60,000 nt of DNA from Malacoraja senta. Lineage: Eukaryota. The DNA lies in assembly GCA_038087875.1 (NCBI GenBank), contig CM075988.1:13828001-13888000 (forward strand), read 5' to 3'. Each line of letters starts with the position of its first letter. Positions within the stretch are counted from its first letter, which is position 1. A program made the translations under genes and the position numbers. The notes under the pieces were generated by a model, which was given only the letters and a program-made list of their open reading frames with translations, did not search any database and was not told where the DNA came from. This document shows positions 35,870 through 48,880 of the stretch, in pieces.

Positions 35870-38138
35870 TTCATTGGATCATTGTTACACTAACATCACT
35901 GGCGCGTACCGTGCCTTTCCTCGTGCTCCATTGGGCAAATCAGATCATCCCCGCATACAAACAAAAACTGAAATCCATCAAGCCCAAAACAATAACCGTT
36001 AAGTCCTGGTCAGAGGATGTCATCGAAACGTTAAGGGGATGTTTTGAATGCACTGACTGGGACCTCTTCCTCGACGCATCCGGCAACAACATCGACGTGT
36101 ACACTGACGTGGTGACATCATACGTCCGCTACTGTGAAGAACTGTGCGTCCCCTACAAAACTGTCACAATACCCAGTAATGGTAAACCCTGGTTCAACAA
36201 GGATATACAACTTCTTCGCAAAAAGAAAAATGCAGCCTACACCAATGGAAACAGTGATCAATACAAAATAGCAAAATATGAACTCAGGTCTGCAATACGG
36301 AAGGCAAAATTAGCTTATTCAAAGAAATTGGAACAACAATTCAACACTCAGAATTCAAGTCTGGAAAAATCTACAGAAGATGACGGACTACAAAAACCGT
36401 CCTGCTCCCATCTCAGATGAGGATCCGGACTTACCGGAAAAATTGAACACTTTTTATGCACGCTTTGATAATGTCACCCCGCCATCCATGCCTCCCCCCC
36501 CACCTAACTCAGCACCATTCACCATCTCTGAGGAGGTAGTGAGGGCGGCCTTCAAAAATCTTAATAAAATAAAAGCGGCAGGGCCAGACGACCTCAGCCC
36601 CGCTGCTCTTAACCACTGTGCAGCTCAGCTGGCTCCTGTGTTCACCACCATCTTTAACATTTCCCTCAGCCAATGTAGAGTCCCGCAGTGTTTTAAAGCA
36701 TCCATTATCATCCCTGTGCCCAAGTCCTCCAAGGTGAGCTGACTGAACGATTTTAGACCTGTTGCACTAACATCAGTTGCCATGAAGGCCTTTGAGCACA
36801 TAGTCCTCACCCATCTGAAAACATACACTGTCCCAATCATGGACCCTTTTCAATTTGCATACAGCGCCAACCGGTCTGTGGAGGATGCTATCAACTTAGC
36901 TCTTCACTACTCCCTACATCATTTGGAATCACCGAACACTTATGCACGCATCCTGTTTATAGATTTTAGCTCGGCCTTCAATACTATACACCCAATTAAA
37001 CTCTACAATAAACTGTTGGACATGGGCATTCACCTAGCCATGTGCCATTGGATTTTACATTTTCTGACAAACAGACAACAAAGAGTCAAGGTGGGTGAAA
37101 AACTCTCCAGCCCTCTGACTCTCAATACAGGAGCCCCTCAAGGGTGCGTTCTGTCACCTCAGCTCTTCTCACTTTACACCAACAACCTCACATCCCAATG
37201 CAGCTCAGTTAAAATTTTCAAATATGCAGACGACACAACAATAATTGGCCTCATCTCAGACAACAACGAATCACAATACCATCAAACAGTGGACAGCGCA
37301 GTCAAATGGTGCGCAGAAAACAACCTCCAGCTTAACACCTCAAAAACCTTAGAAATCATCATAGATTTCAGACGCAAACGAAACCTCAAACCCCCGGTCC
37401 ATGTCAACTCCCATCCCATAACCTCCACGAACTTATTTAAGTTTCTGGGCACCTATATCTGCAATAATCTAAAATGGCACATCAATGCCGACCAAATCAT
37501 CAAGAAAGGACAACAACGCCTATACTTCCTCAGACAGCTTAAAAAGTTCAGAGTCCACAAACACCTCCTGGTCCGTTTCTATCAATCCATCATTGAAAGC
37601 ATCATCACCTCCTCAATCACAGTTTGGTACGGAAACACTGATAGTCATTCACTACATAGAATACAGCGCATTGTCTCCAAGGCCTCTAGGATTATCAATT
37701 CTCCCCTCCCCTCAATCCATTCCATTTACCTCCAACGTACCTCAAAACGGGCAACAAAGATCATCTCGGACCCCTCCCATCCAGCAAACCACCTTTTCCA
37801 GTCTCTCCCTTCAGGGAGGCGCCTTAGGTCACTTGCTACAAAATCCACCCGTTTTAAAAACAGTTTCTTCCCCTCAGCAATAAGAACACTTAATTCCCTC
37901 CAATAACTTTTTGACTTTGATGTATACAGTGTCTTGCTTATGTTTTTTGTCTGTTCTTTTGCACTATGTTTGTTGGTGAGATTTGTGATTTGTGATGTGG
38001 TATGGATGCACTTTATTATTATGATTTGTGTTGTTATTAGTGTTAATGTGACTAAAGCAGTGTACCATCATGTACCGAACCCAAATACCACCAACCCTGG
38101 TCGTGTGGCAAATAAAGATTCTATCTATCTATCTATCT
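35870..38138 (+). mobile_element. 5'-truncated Rex1/Babar LINE with disrupted ORF
   Basis: EN C-terminus LDHCY...GKSDH; RT QFAY.ANRS.EDA, LFIDFSSAFNT, GAPQGCVLSP, KYADDTT; frameshifts and a stop near 35945, 36355 and 36740; (ctat)n tail. Confidence 0.93.
36782..37906 (+). pseudogene. Reverse transcriptase domain of the Rex1 LINE (374-aa open segment)
   Basis: ORF track; YADD motif. Confidence 0.9.
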
Positions 38139-40054
38139 TCATATGTATGCACATTAATTGTTGATAACCTGTTTCAGAGTCAAAGGCAAAAGGTTTTAGA
38201 TTTCCAAAATGGAGGAAACAACCTCTTTTCTGCAGGTTGTTTTTGACTCCTGCAGAATAGCTTACATTCAGCATTGATATGAAATATACTTCAGCTGGGT
38301 ACAAGAGTGATTAACAATGTCCGTTCTCCTAATGTGAGTCCGGAATTCACTAGCAAAAAATTTATCTGCAACTATTTTGTATAATTTAACATATTTTGTT
38401 CTCAGTACATGAAATAGATCTGTAATTTTATGATTAATAACCCTCCCATACACTGCAAACAAGCAAAAACACTTATAACTGCATGAATAGAACAAAATAT
38501 CTGGATATTTTCTTTAAATTATGTCTTCAGTGGGGAAAAAGTGCGTATTTTGCAAAGAAAATTTCAATAGAATCAAATCAAACAGGAAATAATTTACTGT
38601 TAAATTACAGTACATGGGCATTGCTAACAGGTCCAGAATGTATTGCCCATGTTTAAATGCTTTGCAAAGGCATTAGCACACCTGCTACAGTCCTTGTGAT
38701 GAAGGTGCTCCAGCTAAAGTAGAAGAATCTAATGGGCAAGGTCTAGCTAAGTGGAATCATCACTAATGGTCCTTCCAAGCCTTCAATTACTTTGCTGGGA
38801 TGTGGATGACCTGTCTCATTGCCACTCCACCTCCTCCAGCATCACCACTACGGTGGTTGGACTCCAATAATAGTTTGAGTAGCCTTAGACCCTGAAACAT
38901 TCGTGGCAGCCTTTGATACTGATTAAATTCAAGACATTTTATTCAAACATTTTAGTTCAGAAGGTGGTCAATGGTGAATCCTCAGGACTTTGCTGATAAA
39001 TGCCTAGGAAAGATAATACCGTTGATGCCATGGGAGCTGTTTAGACTCTCACCTGCTGAAGGTGTTCCTGAAGTAAAACGGGTAAAGATCAAATGTAACT
39101 TGTTACTTATCTGCTCCAGCGTGTATATTGTGTAAGTCTTACTGCCAGCAAGCACAGATTTATGATGCATTTTCCGAGGACTTGAAAATGGAATTGCATG
39201 GCATGAAAATTTGTAATTAATGAGTGCGCCAAATGGCCTGGAACATCTTCCTAATCCCCATTCACACAGCAACTTTAACTTGACAAAATTGAATGAACTG
39301 TTCCTAAAAATGATGAAATTTCACACTTGACTGATATTGTCATAACCACTTTCTGCTGGAATGCAAAGAACATTCATTCCTTTTTGGAAATTCAAACTTT
39401 GGAAGCAATTCAATCCCATATGTTTGACCATTCCGCTGAGGGGAATGTGAGGTTTTGGTGATGCTTCAGGTTTGGAGCTGTCATTTGGCAGAAGGAAAGT
39501 GGCCGACAACTTGATCCATTCCATAACTCCCTGATTTTCCAACACATTTTATTTAAGTTGATATTGAATGCATGGAATATTAAAACGTAATTCATATGAT
39601 ACAATTCCTTGTTATTTTTTTTATTTACCTCAGGATCAGACATATGGACAATCTTGCATAGAATCTTTTATGTGGACCTGAAAGGACATGTGAAGATTTG
39701 CTGTAACGTTAAGAGATCTATCACTAAGCTATGATTTATAGGTTGGACAAGCAAAATTGTTAACTAATGGCTTTTCCATTCCAGTGTAACATTGCAGCCG
39801 ATAGAATATTCAGACAGTATAAATACATTATCAAATGTATGTGCATTCAAAACGTCTTGAAAATTCTGATAAATATCTCAATAACCTTCAATGTTATATT
39901 TTCCTCTCAATGCTGTCTCATTTAATTTCACTTCAATCCACATTTTATCTCATCTAACTAAATCAGTTCAAGCCTATTCTAAAGTATCAGCACAGTCACA
40001 CGAAGATATAGAAGTACATGTGATTATGATTTGATTATTAATGCAGAGAGGATA

Positions 40055-40392
40055 ATAATAATAATAATAATAGATTTTATTTTAAGGGCGCCTAATACCG
40101 AGGTCTCCAGGACACCTTACAATTTAATAAACATAGAATCAGAGTAAAACAAGTTATAAAGACATCACAAATACACAAATTAAAAACAGAAATTCTATCC
40201 AAAAAAAGACAACAACAAAATTCAGAAAACACAACATGAAGGGAGAGCAGCGGCAGCCAAACCGCGCCAGCGTACACTCTCCCTTCCGCCCTCCATGTTG
40301 GACATAGACTAACACAGACTAACACAGACACTTAACACTACACACAAAATCATCCCCCCACAATGGTTACCACTGTGGGGGAAGGCACAATA
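40055..40392 (-). mobile_element. Short retroposon with L2-like tail and (TAT)n end
   Basis: Minus strand aaggtgtcctggag...ggcgcccttaaaataaaa followed by (tat)n. Confidence 0.55.
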
Positions 40393-41084
40393 AAGGATGT
40401 TTCCCTTATCAAAGAATCTAGAACTAAGGGATATTGTTGCAGAATAAGGGGTCAGCTATTTAAGACAGAGAGCAGTAAGAATTTATTTTCTGTGCCCTGG
40501 TATCTCCTCAGCTCTTCGGAACCGATTCATTGAATATATCCAAGGCTATGATAGAATATCATGGGTGACACGCAGGAAAGTGCAGTTATGGCCAAGATCA
40601 GATCAACCATGGTCTTATGAATAGTAGTGCAGAAACCAAAAAGCCTCCCCCGGCTCCTACATATATTCAGTGTACTATTAGTGTACAATATTTAGTCTTC
40701 ATTTCATCTCATCTAACTAAATCAGTTCGTCCACTAAAATAGTAACACATAATCACACTAAGACATTGATTATGATGGGACTATATAAAATGTGTATAAG
40801 GAGAGATTAAGTTGACTGGGTTTGTATTCATTAGAGTTTAGAAGAATAAGAGGAATTAGAAGAATTGAACCTCAAAACTCTGACAGCGCTAAACAGATTA
40901 GGTGTTTGCCCTGACTATGTCGTCTAGAACGAGGAGTCATGGTCTCAGGTTACAAGGCCAGAAATTAAAACCTCAGATGAGGAACATTTTCTTTACTTGA
41001 GATTTGCTAACACAGAGATCTGCGGAGGCTGAGACGCTGAATCGTTTTAAGTAGTTAGATTTTGAGACACAAAAGGGGTCTGGA

Positions 41085-42395
41085 TAACAGGAACACATAT
41101 GTCAGGCTGCCCTTCATTAATTACACCTTGATGCTCAATACTATTAATCCTTCCAAACTCTTCACCAAACTCAAAGACCTTGGTCTCTAAATCTCCCTTT
41201 TCTACTGGATCTTTCCTCATAGGAAGACATCAATCAGTACAGATTGGTAACAACATTTCCTCTTCACTAGCCATCAACGCTGTTGTACCTCAAAGCTTAG
41301 CCCCCTGCCATACTCTCTTTACTTTCATACATGTGTGACTAACCACAGCTCCAATGCCATCTATACATTCCCCAATGACAGGACTGTCATTTGTCACATC
41401 ACTGGTAGTGATGAGTTAGCACACAGGACAGAGATAGAACACCCAGTTGAGTGATGCCAAAAGATCATCATTCAACATTAACAAAACTAATCGTTGGTTA
41501 TAGAGATGGGAAGGCAGGAGACTACGCTTCCAGTTTTCATCAATGGGTTTGCGGTGGAGAGAATTAGCAGCTTTTAATTTCTGGGTGTTAATATATTGGA
41601 AGACCTCTCTTGGGTTCAGTATGCAGATGTAATCGTGAAGAAGACACACCAGTACCTCTACTTTTTTTAGAAGTTTGTAATGTAGAAAGTATCCTGACTT
41701 GTTGCATCATGGCCTGGTATGGGAATTTCAATGCACTGGAGCACGAGGCCGCGGAGAATGCGGATTCAGCTTGGTCTATCATGGGCAAAGCCCTACCCTC
41801 CAATGAAAGTATCTACACAAAAGTGGCATCTATCATGAAGGATCTCCCTAATCTGGACCTTGCCATGCCGTTCTCATTGCAATGATCAGACAGGAGGTAC
41901 AGAAGTTTCAAGTCTCACACCATCAGGTTCAGGAACAGCTAGTTTCACTACAACTAATAGGTTCTGGGACTAATGAACACAACCGTAATCCTATCTCAAT
42001 GACAGAACACTACATCCACCTCTTACACTACCATGGAATGTTTTTCTGATTATTTTTGTACTAATGCCTTGTTTTATGCAGTCTTCTATCTTTTAGAAAT
42101 TGTATATGTAATGTATGTATAATTTGTTTTTGTGTGCTTGACGGAGGCTAAGTCATAAGGTCATAAGGAATAGGAGTAGAATTAGGCCATTCAGCACATC
42201 AAGTCTACTCCGCCATTTAATCATGGCTGATCTATCTCTCCCTCCTAACCTCATTCTCCTGCCTTCTCCCCATAACCTCTGACACCCGTACTAATCATGT
42301 ACACATAGTCTACCATGTGTCTGCTTTGCTGCTGCAATGAAGATTTTTCATTGTACCTCACCATACTTGTCCATATAATAAACTCGACTTGACAT
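41085..42395 (+). pseudogene. Highly degenerate Rex1 RT fragment (CR1 tail inserted at 42150-42297, minus)
   Basis: Decayed motifs including VESILT.CIMAWYGN. Confidence 0.7.
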
Positions 42396-43959
42396 GAATC
42401 AAGGGGTATAGGGAGAGAGCTGGAAAAAGATATTGAAGTAGAGGATTAATCGTGATTGCATTGGCTGACAACGCATGCTCTCTAAAAACCAAATGTCCTT
42501 ATCCAGTTACACTTTTTGCAATATGTGCTGACTTGTATAATCATATTGCCTTGAAAAAAAAATATTCTTGAGAAGCATCAAAAACAAATGATGCCACATT
42601 AGTGACATATTATTTTGGAATGTCAGTGACATCTGGTTTCCTGTGATTTGTGTTGCCTCGGCAACAATTTAAAGGTTTGTAGTAATTTTCTAATTTCTGG
42701 TTTCTGCAATTAGATAATGCTAAGAAACCTGTGATAATTTTAACCACAATTAATTAAATGTTTTGCTTTTTGTCTTGTATTCTATTATTAATTAACAATA
42801 ATCTCATCAGATTCTGTCACTTCTGAAGGTGTCTGCATGAAAGGTATCACGTTTGCATTTTGCATTTTAACAACTCCTTGCTTTTTGAATTTACATACTT
42901 GAGAGTTTCAAATGTCGTTCAGCCAGTTTTATCTAGCTGTTTTCTGTTGCAATTTCTGCTATGACGATCCCTTCTGGCTTGGCTCAGTGGCAGTGCTGGG
43001 TCTAAAACTTGCGAGTTTAAGATCCATTTCAACAATCTGATATATCGGCAATATAAGGTCAATATATTGCTCATTATAAGCAACATTCTTATTTATGGGT
43101 GACAATGTTCATCTCCATTGCCCCAAGTTCTACTCTGGAAGATCGGTTTGTTTCTTTGCTGAGCAAGCCAGCCTATTTTTGAATGATTGACATCAAGGAG
43201 TAATATTTAATGCCCATACCAAATTTTCCTTATGAAGATGGCAGTTTTGAACCATTTTGGTGCAAGTACTCTCACTGTGTTTTCCGAATATAAATGCATC
43301 TAAAACAGAAGCAGTAGTGGGCCATTTGATCCCCCATGCCTGCTCTGCTTTTCTACAACATCATCTTAGCACCTCTATTCTATTATAACCCAATATCGTT
43401 TGATTCCTTCATTATCTAAAACCATCTCAATCTCTCTCTTGAATATGCTCAGTGACTGTTTCTCCACAATCCTCCTGGGTAGAGAATTCTAAATTTTTAC
43501 CGCTCACAAAGTGAAGAAGTTCTTTCCTATCTCAGTTCTTGAACGACTGACTCCTTATTTTGGGATTGTGAGATCTAATTCTTGAAATGACTGCAAGGGA
43601 AGACATTAACACTGCACAATTCCTGTCATCCTGAAAAACGTTGTATGCTTCAATGAGATCACCTTTTACACATTGAAACTCAAGACAGGTCCCTCAATTT
43701 TCCTCCAAATGACAATCCCATCCACTCCCCTCTCACCCATTCTTCTTCTGGCCTAAAATTCAAATGCACAGAATTCCCCCTTAAGCCTCATACAGGGTAC
43801 AACTTCAAAATGTACTAACTATTGTCAAACACCATTTATTTTTCATAGGGCATGATGACTGCCTAATCCACTCATTATTTTACAATTATCATGTAAACAA
43901 TAAATTCTAGCTTTTTTTTCCCTCTTACTGACAACATGCTACTTTGTTTCTGAATTAGT

Positions 43960-44065
43960 TTCTGAAGATGGGTCCCGACCTGAAACGTCACTTATCCTTT
44001 TCCTACAGAGATGCTGCCTCCCACATTTTGTGTCTATCTTTGGTATAAACCAACATCTGCAATTC
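43960..44065 (+). repeat. MER6-like repeat with hammerhead-like core
   Basis: ctgaagatgggtcccgacctgaaacgtc. Confidence 0.7.
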
Positions 44066-44107
44066 TTTTTTTTTCTATAATTTGCTTCTTTTTTAATGTA
44101 GCTGGGT

Positions 44108-44500
44108 TAATAATAATAATAAACTTTATTTCGGACTCAAGGTCCAGACAAGGGGCAACATTACATAAAAAGGCATTGCATATTAAAAACATCATAAACT
44201 ACATATAGAATCTTAGTATATCACATAAAAGCATCATAAATTATATATATTAAAAAAAACACAATACATGAATTAAAATCCAGAATAAAAGAATGATCCA
44301 ACAATGAGACAACAATACCAGTGTCTCCCCAACTGGGATTCGTAGCGTGTAGTGCTAAACCTTATGTTTGACAAGGCCACAATAATTACATTTTTAGAGT
44401 CATTTATCCTGCAAATGAATTTATACATATGATTTCTTAGGATAGCTTTTAAAGTACTGACTCCTGCAGCCACAAACATGTTACCTTTATCATTTTTCAA
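44108..44500 (-). mobile_element. Non-LTR retrotransposon 3' end, clade uncertain
   Basis: MFVAAGVSTLKAILRNHMYKFICRINDSKN ORF end, AATAAA and (TAT)n tail on the minus strand. Confidence 0.55.
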
Positions 44501-45144
44501 TTGAAGGGAAAACATTGTAGAATCTTGAAACATTTTGAAAGATGACAACCAATGAATTGCTTAAATCCATTGCCACATCTATCAAAGCCTTGGGATACAG
44601 ATAACCAAATCCAGTGGATATATGTCTTTAAGTCCTATTAATATCTCCAATAATGTTTTTTTACTAATGTGCTCCTTATTCACTCGGTCTCAGACATAAT
44701 AAATGTTTGATATTCCTGCCATTTCCTTTTACTCTCTATTTGCAAGGGACAATCTTGATCTTTTCCTTTCTTACATATATAGACGTTTTTATAGTCTGTG
44801 TTTTGTTTCTCGGGAGATTATTCACGCCTTCCTTGATCCCTCTCCTTTTTTGCTGAATTCCCTTCCTTAGCCTTGCTGCTCGTCTTGCTAATATTATTAG
44901 TTTTTGATTTACTACAACCTTTAATTCCTCTTGTGTATCAGGATGGGTCAATTTTCTTGTTGCACATTTAGTGCCTTAAAGGGAAATTTAAATATTGAAA
45001 ACCGAGTATTAATTCTTTATATGTTACTCATTGATTTTTTTATTTCAATACCTCTTAATCTCCCACGCTACTGTAGCCACGTCTTGTCTAATACTTTTGT
45101 GACTTAGTTTATTTAGATGTAAGACTCTGGTTTCAGACTGAAAG

Positions 45145-45510
45145 AAAAGACTTGAGGAAATATACAAAGTTATGAGGGAAATAGATAGAATGGACAATAG
45201 AATGGAGAATAGGAAACACTTCTCCTTAGCAGAGTAGTCTAAAACTAAATATATAGTTTTAGGAAAGGGCGCATGAGAGGTAGAGAGGATCGGAGGAAGT
45301 ATTTCACCCGGAAAGTGGTTGAATCTGAAATGTATTACCTGAGGTGAAGGCAGGTGCTCCCATAACATTGGACAAGTATCAAGATGAGCAGTTGAATCAC
45401 CTATATCAAGAAGGCTATGGACCAGGAGTGGGTAAATGGGATTAGTATAGATGGTTGACGTGGATGTGGTAGACTGACTGGCCTATTTCTCTGCTGTATG
45501 TCTGTGACTC
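45145..45510 (+). mobile_element. Degenerate CR1 3' fragment
   Basis: Similarity to other CR1 ends in the window. Confidence 0.7.
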
Positions 45511-46104
45511 GGTTGAAACACTTCCAATTCCTGAATAATCTTCTTTTACACTCTGATCACTCTTTCCTAAAAACCTCTTAAATACAAGAATATAGACTAA
45601 CTCTTTCTCATTGCACTATACTAGATTTAAAATGGTCCATTTAGTCAATGTTTCTTCAAATACTGTTCTAGAAAGCCACAATGTATGCACTCCAATAATT
45701 CATCCCCTGCAGTTTTACTGCTAATTTAGTATACAGGTATATTAAATTCTCCCATGGTGTTATGTTACCAAGGATACAAGCACTACTAATTTCCTGATTT
45801 ATACCGTGGCATACAATATCACTGCCAACATTTACTGCATTTTGCTATTTACTAACTTCATCAAACTGATTTTACTTCTTAATTTTTTGAGTTATTTTCT
45901 CTCGACGAACTGTATCCCACATTTATTATCATGGCTTGCCCTTTTTTGTCTCCATTATGCATACCTCTTTTAAAAGTTAAGAAACCTGCAATATTTAATT
46001 TCACCCTTTGGTCACTTTGTACCATATCTCTGTAATGGATTAGAGATAATTTATTTCTATGTGTGCCAATAATGCTTCTATCACGTTCCAAATGTTGCCT
46101 GCAT

Positions 46105-46470
46105 TCATAGAACATTGGACATAGTACACCCCTGGAACAGGCCCTTTGGCTCATAATATCTATGCCGTACATAATGCCAAATGAAATTAATCTCCTCTGC
46201 TTTCATGTGATCCATACCCTTCCATTCTCTGCATAAGCACGTACATATCATAAAGCGTCATAAACATCACTATCGTATTCGCTTCCATCACCACCACCAC
46301 TGGAAATAAGTTCCAGGCACCCACCACTCTCTGTGTAAAAAAACACAGGCTTTGCACATCACCTTTAAACTTTGCCCTCTCACCTTAAAGATATGCCCTC
46401 TGGTCTTCAACATATCCACTCTGGGGGAAAAGGTACCTACTGTCTGCCGTTTCTTTGCCATTCAAATAAA
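46105..46470 (-). mobile_element. CR1 3' fragment
   Basis: accactctctgtgtaaaaaa (RVV/FFT region) and tail. Confidence 0.7.
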
Positions 46471-48487
46471 TGGACTTCAGTTTTGTCTTGTAACCATTCT
46501 CCCCTAATGTAATTCCATTGGAAACAAACTCTTCTGTTTGTACAAACTGTTCTAACCTGATGGATTCCGGTTATTGTTGTCCATTCCCAACAGCATTATC
46601 AATTTGTCCTTTCACTTTAATTTTTGAAATTTCCTTCACCAGAACTATCTTCACCCAATCCCATCACTGCACACCACCCCAATTATTCTAACTAATATTT
46701 CATTTATAGCCCTCTTTATTTTATTTCCAGACACAACTGAAGATGTGTCTGATTTTTAGCAAATTCACCTAGCGGTCATACCCAAGAAAGTTAATTGTAG
46801 TAAAATCTTAGGGATTGTAACACCCAGTCCTACTAATCAATCAGGATATTAATTTTACTTCGGAGTCACGTGAGTGACTACGTGAAGAAGACCCGTCAGG
46901 GCGCATGCGCGTCATTACGTCAGTCACATTGGCGCAGACAGGCTGGGAGGAACAGTCCTCCAGCGGTAAGTTTAAAAAATCCTGCAGGTAAGTTTAAACT
47001 TACTTTTCAGGTTGTCCGTTCCAGGAATCTCTTCTCGCAGGTTCCTGCTGGATATCGAATTGAGCATAACCCGGTGGACCGCGGGGAAAATGTTGACCGC
47101 GGGGATGCCGGCTTCGGACCGCGGGTGTGCGGCAGCAGGCGGCCGGTGGGTTTTGCTGGTTGAGTCGCGGACAGAACGGTCCGCGACTCCCGAGGTTTAA
47201 TTCGGGCCGCGGGGTTTTGTCGACCGCGGGTTATGCAAGCTACGGTCACTACGGGTGGCTGTTGGGCTTGTTGTTTCGAGTCGCTGACAGGCAGGTCAGC
47301 GACTCCCGAGATGTGTTGTAAATGTGGACCGTGGGGTTCTCTAGACCGTGGGGATACCGGCTACGGTCCGCAGTAAAGTGAGGAGCCGGTGGCCGTCGGA
47401 CATCTTGTTAGAGTCGCTGACAGTAAGGTCAACGACTCCCGAGGGTGTTCGGGGTGCAGACTGAGCGTGGTCGTCGGGTTACTACCCGACTCACTGAGGC
47501 AGGGAACCCGACTTCGGCAGCCCATATGAGTCGAAACCATGTGGAGCCTGGACAGGAGGGTCCTCTCTGTTATATATGTATATCCTTACACGTATATTAT
47601 CCAGATATGGTGCGCCATATCAGGGCAGGTCATCAGGGGATTGCGGCAGCACCTGTGTTTTCAGGGCTGCTTAGCAATTCCCTCAGTGTAGAGGAGTACA
47701 AGGGGTCAGTGTGTGGCTGACCCCAACCCCAACTCAGGAAGTGGTTTATCACCCTTATGTGTCTATGGCTAGCATTTTCTGCTAATTCTGTGGAGGTTTC
47801 AGGTCTAGGTCCAAGCTGGCCTTCAAGGAGAATTTACAATTCACGCATCCCGGCAGTGCTGCCCTCCAAATTAAGGACGAACGCAATTTTGGGAAGCGTT
47901 CAAAAGGGTAGACATTATAGTTGCCACTAGGTCACGTTGTGACTATCATACCGAGACAGATGATTATCATTTACTCAATTTAGGACCTTGTTGAGCTGTA
48001 TTATCAGTCACCTGTGGGAGTTACACCAGGTGGCGTCATAGTAATTCTGCTCATTAAAGGGACTGTGCACGTTTTCTTCCCCAAGACGCCGGATTATTCA
48101 TATTAAAAGTAAATAAATCCCATATTTAACTGGGATGGGTGTCTTCATTCACATAAATGTCTTTGCCTATGACAAATAACTGTTAAGTTTTGTTCCAGCA
48201 TTTCCCACTATGTCTGATGTACGGGGGCCAGAGGCGCTCCAATTCTTCCCTATAGACGGCGTTGGCATCAGGAAGGAGCACGATTTGGAGTCACTAGCAC
48301 GTGCAGCCTGTTTGGGGAAGGAGGCTACCAACAGAGCATTGATTTGCACGGCTAGTCCTGGCGGCTGCTGTAAGCAGCGACCTGACAACCCCAACTCAGA
48401 GTGAGTGCCAAGCCTGGGGTATCAATGTCAGACAAGATTGCGTCTCGTTGCAATCCAACAATGCTCCATCTTAAGGCATGTCAGGCA

Positions 48488-48880
48488 GCAACACCTAGTA
48501 AAGGGTTGCAAAATTCCTCCCACTCAAGGGTCGGAGTGGTCGAGAGAGTGCTACAGGAGGATGCACATGTTCCTGAAGCAACACCTGTTTGCAGGGTTGC
48601 CATTCCTCCCACTTGGTGCACCACAGTGGTCGAGATAGTGCTAAAATACATGCACACATGCCTGAGGCGACACCTAGTAAAGGGTTGCCAAAATTTCTCC
48701 CACTCAAATGGCGGAGTGGTCGAGAGAGTGCTACAGGAGTATGCACATGGGCCTGAAGCAACACCTGTTTGCAGGGTTGCCATTCCTCCCACTCGGTTCT
48801 CCGTAGTGGTCGAGATGGTGCTAAAATACATGCACACAGGCCTGGGGCAGCTCCTGTTGCAGGTTGCATGTCCTCCCACG
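48488..48880. repeat. ~90-bp tandem array with A/B (180-bp) higher-order period
   Basis: Units start at 48488, 48578, 48667, 48758 and 48847 (partial) with gcaacacct-like sequence. Confidence 0.9.

Noticed and set aside
47721..47732. CCCCAACCCCAA / CAACCCCAA as ciliate telomere or telomerase template
   Set aside because: The match is only 9-12 nt, no other telomerase-RNA features are recognisable, and vertebrate telomeres are TTAGGG.
47908..47937. VDIIVATRSR resembling DEAD-box motif Ib
   Set aside because: It lies in a short stop-bounded frame with no other helicase motifs.
48488..48880. Array as a CRISPR array or DGR TR/VR pair
   Set aside because: There are no unique spacers or cas genes, and differences between copies are not adenine-specific (mixed G/T, A/G, C/T).
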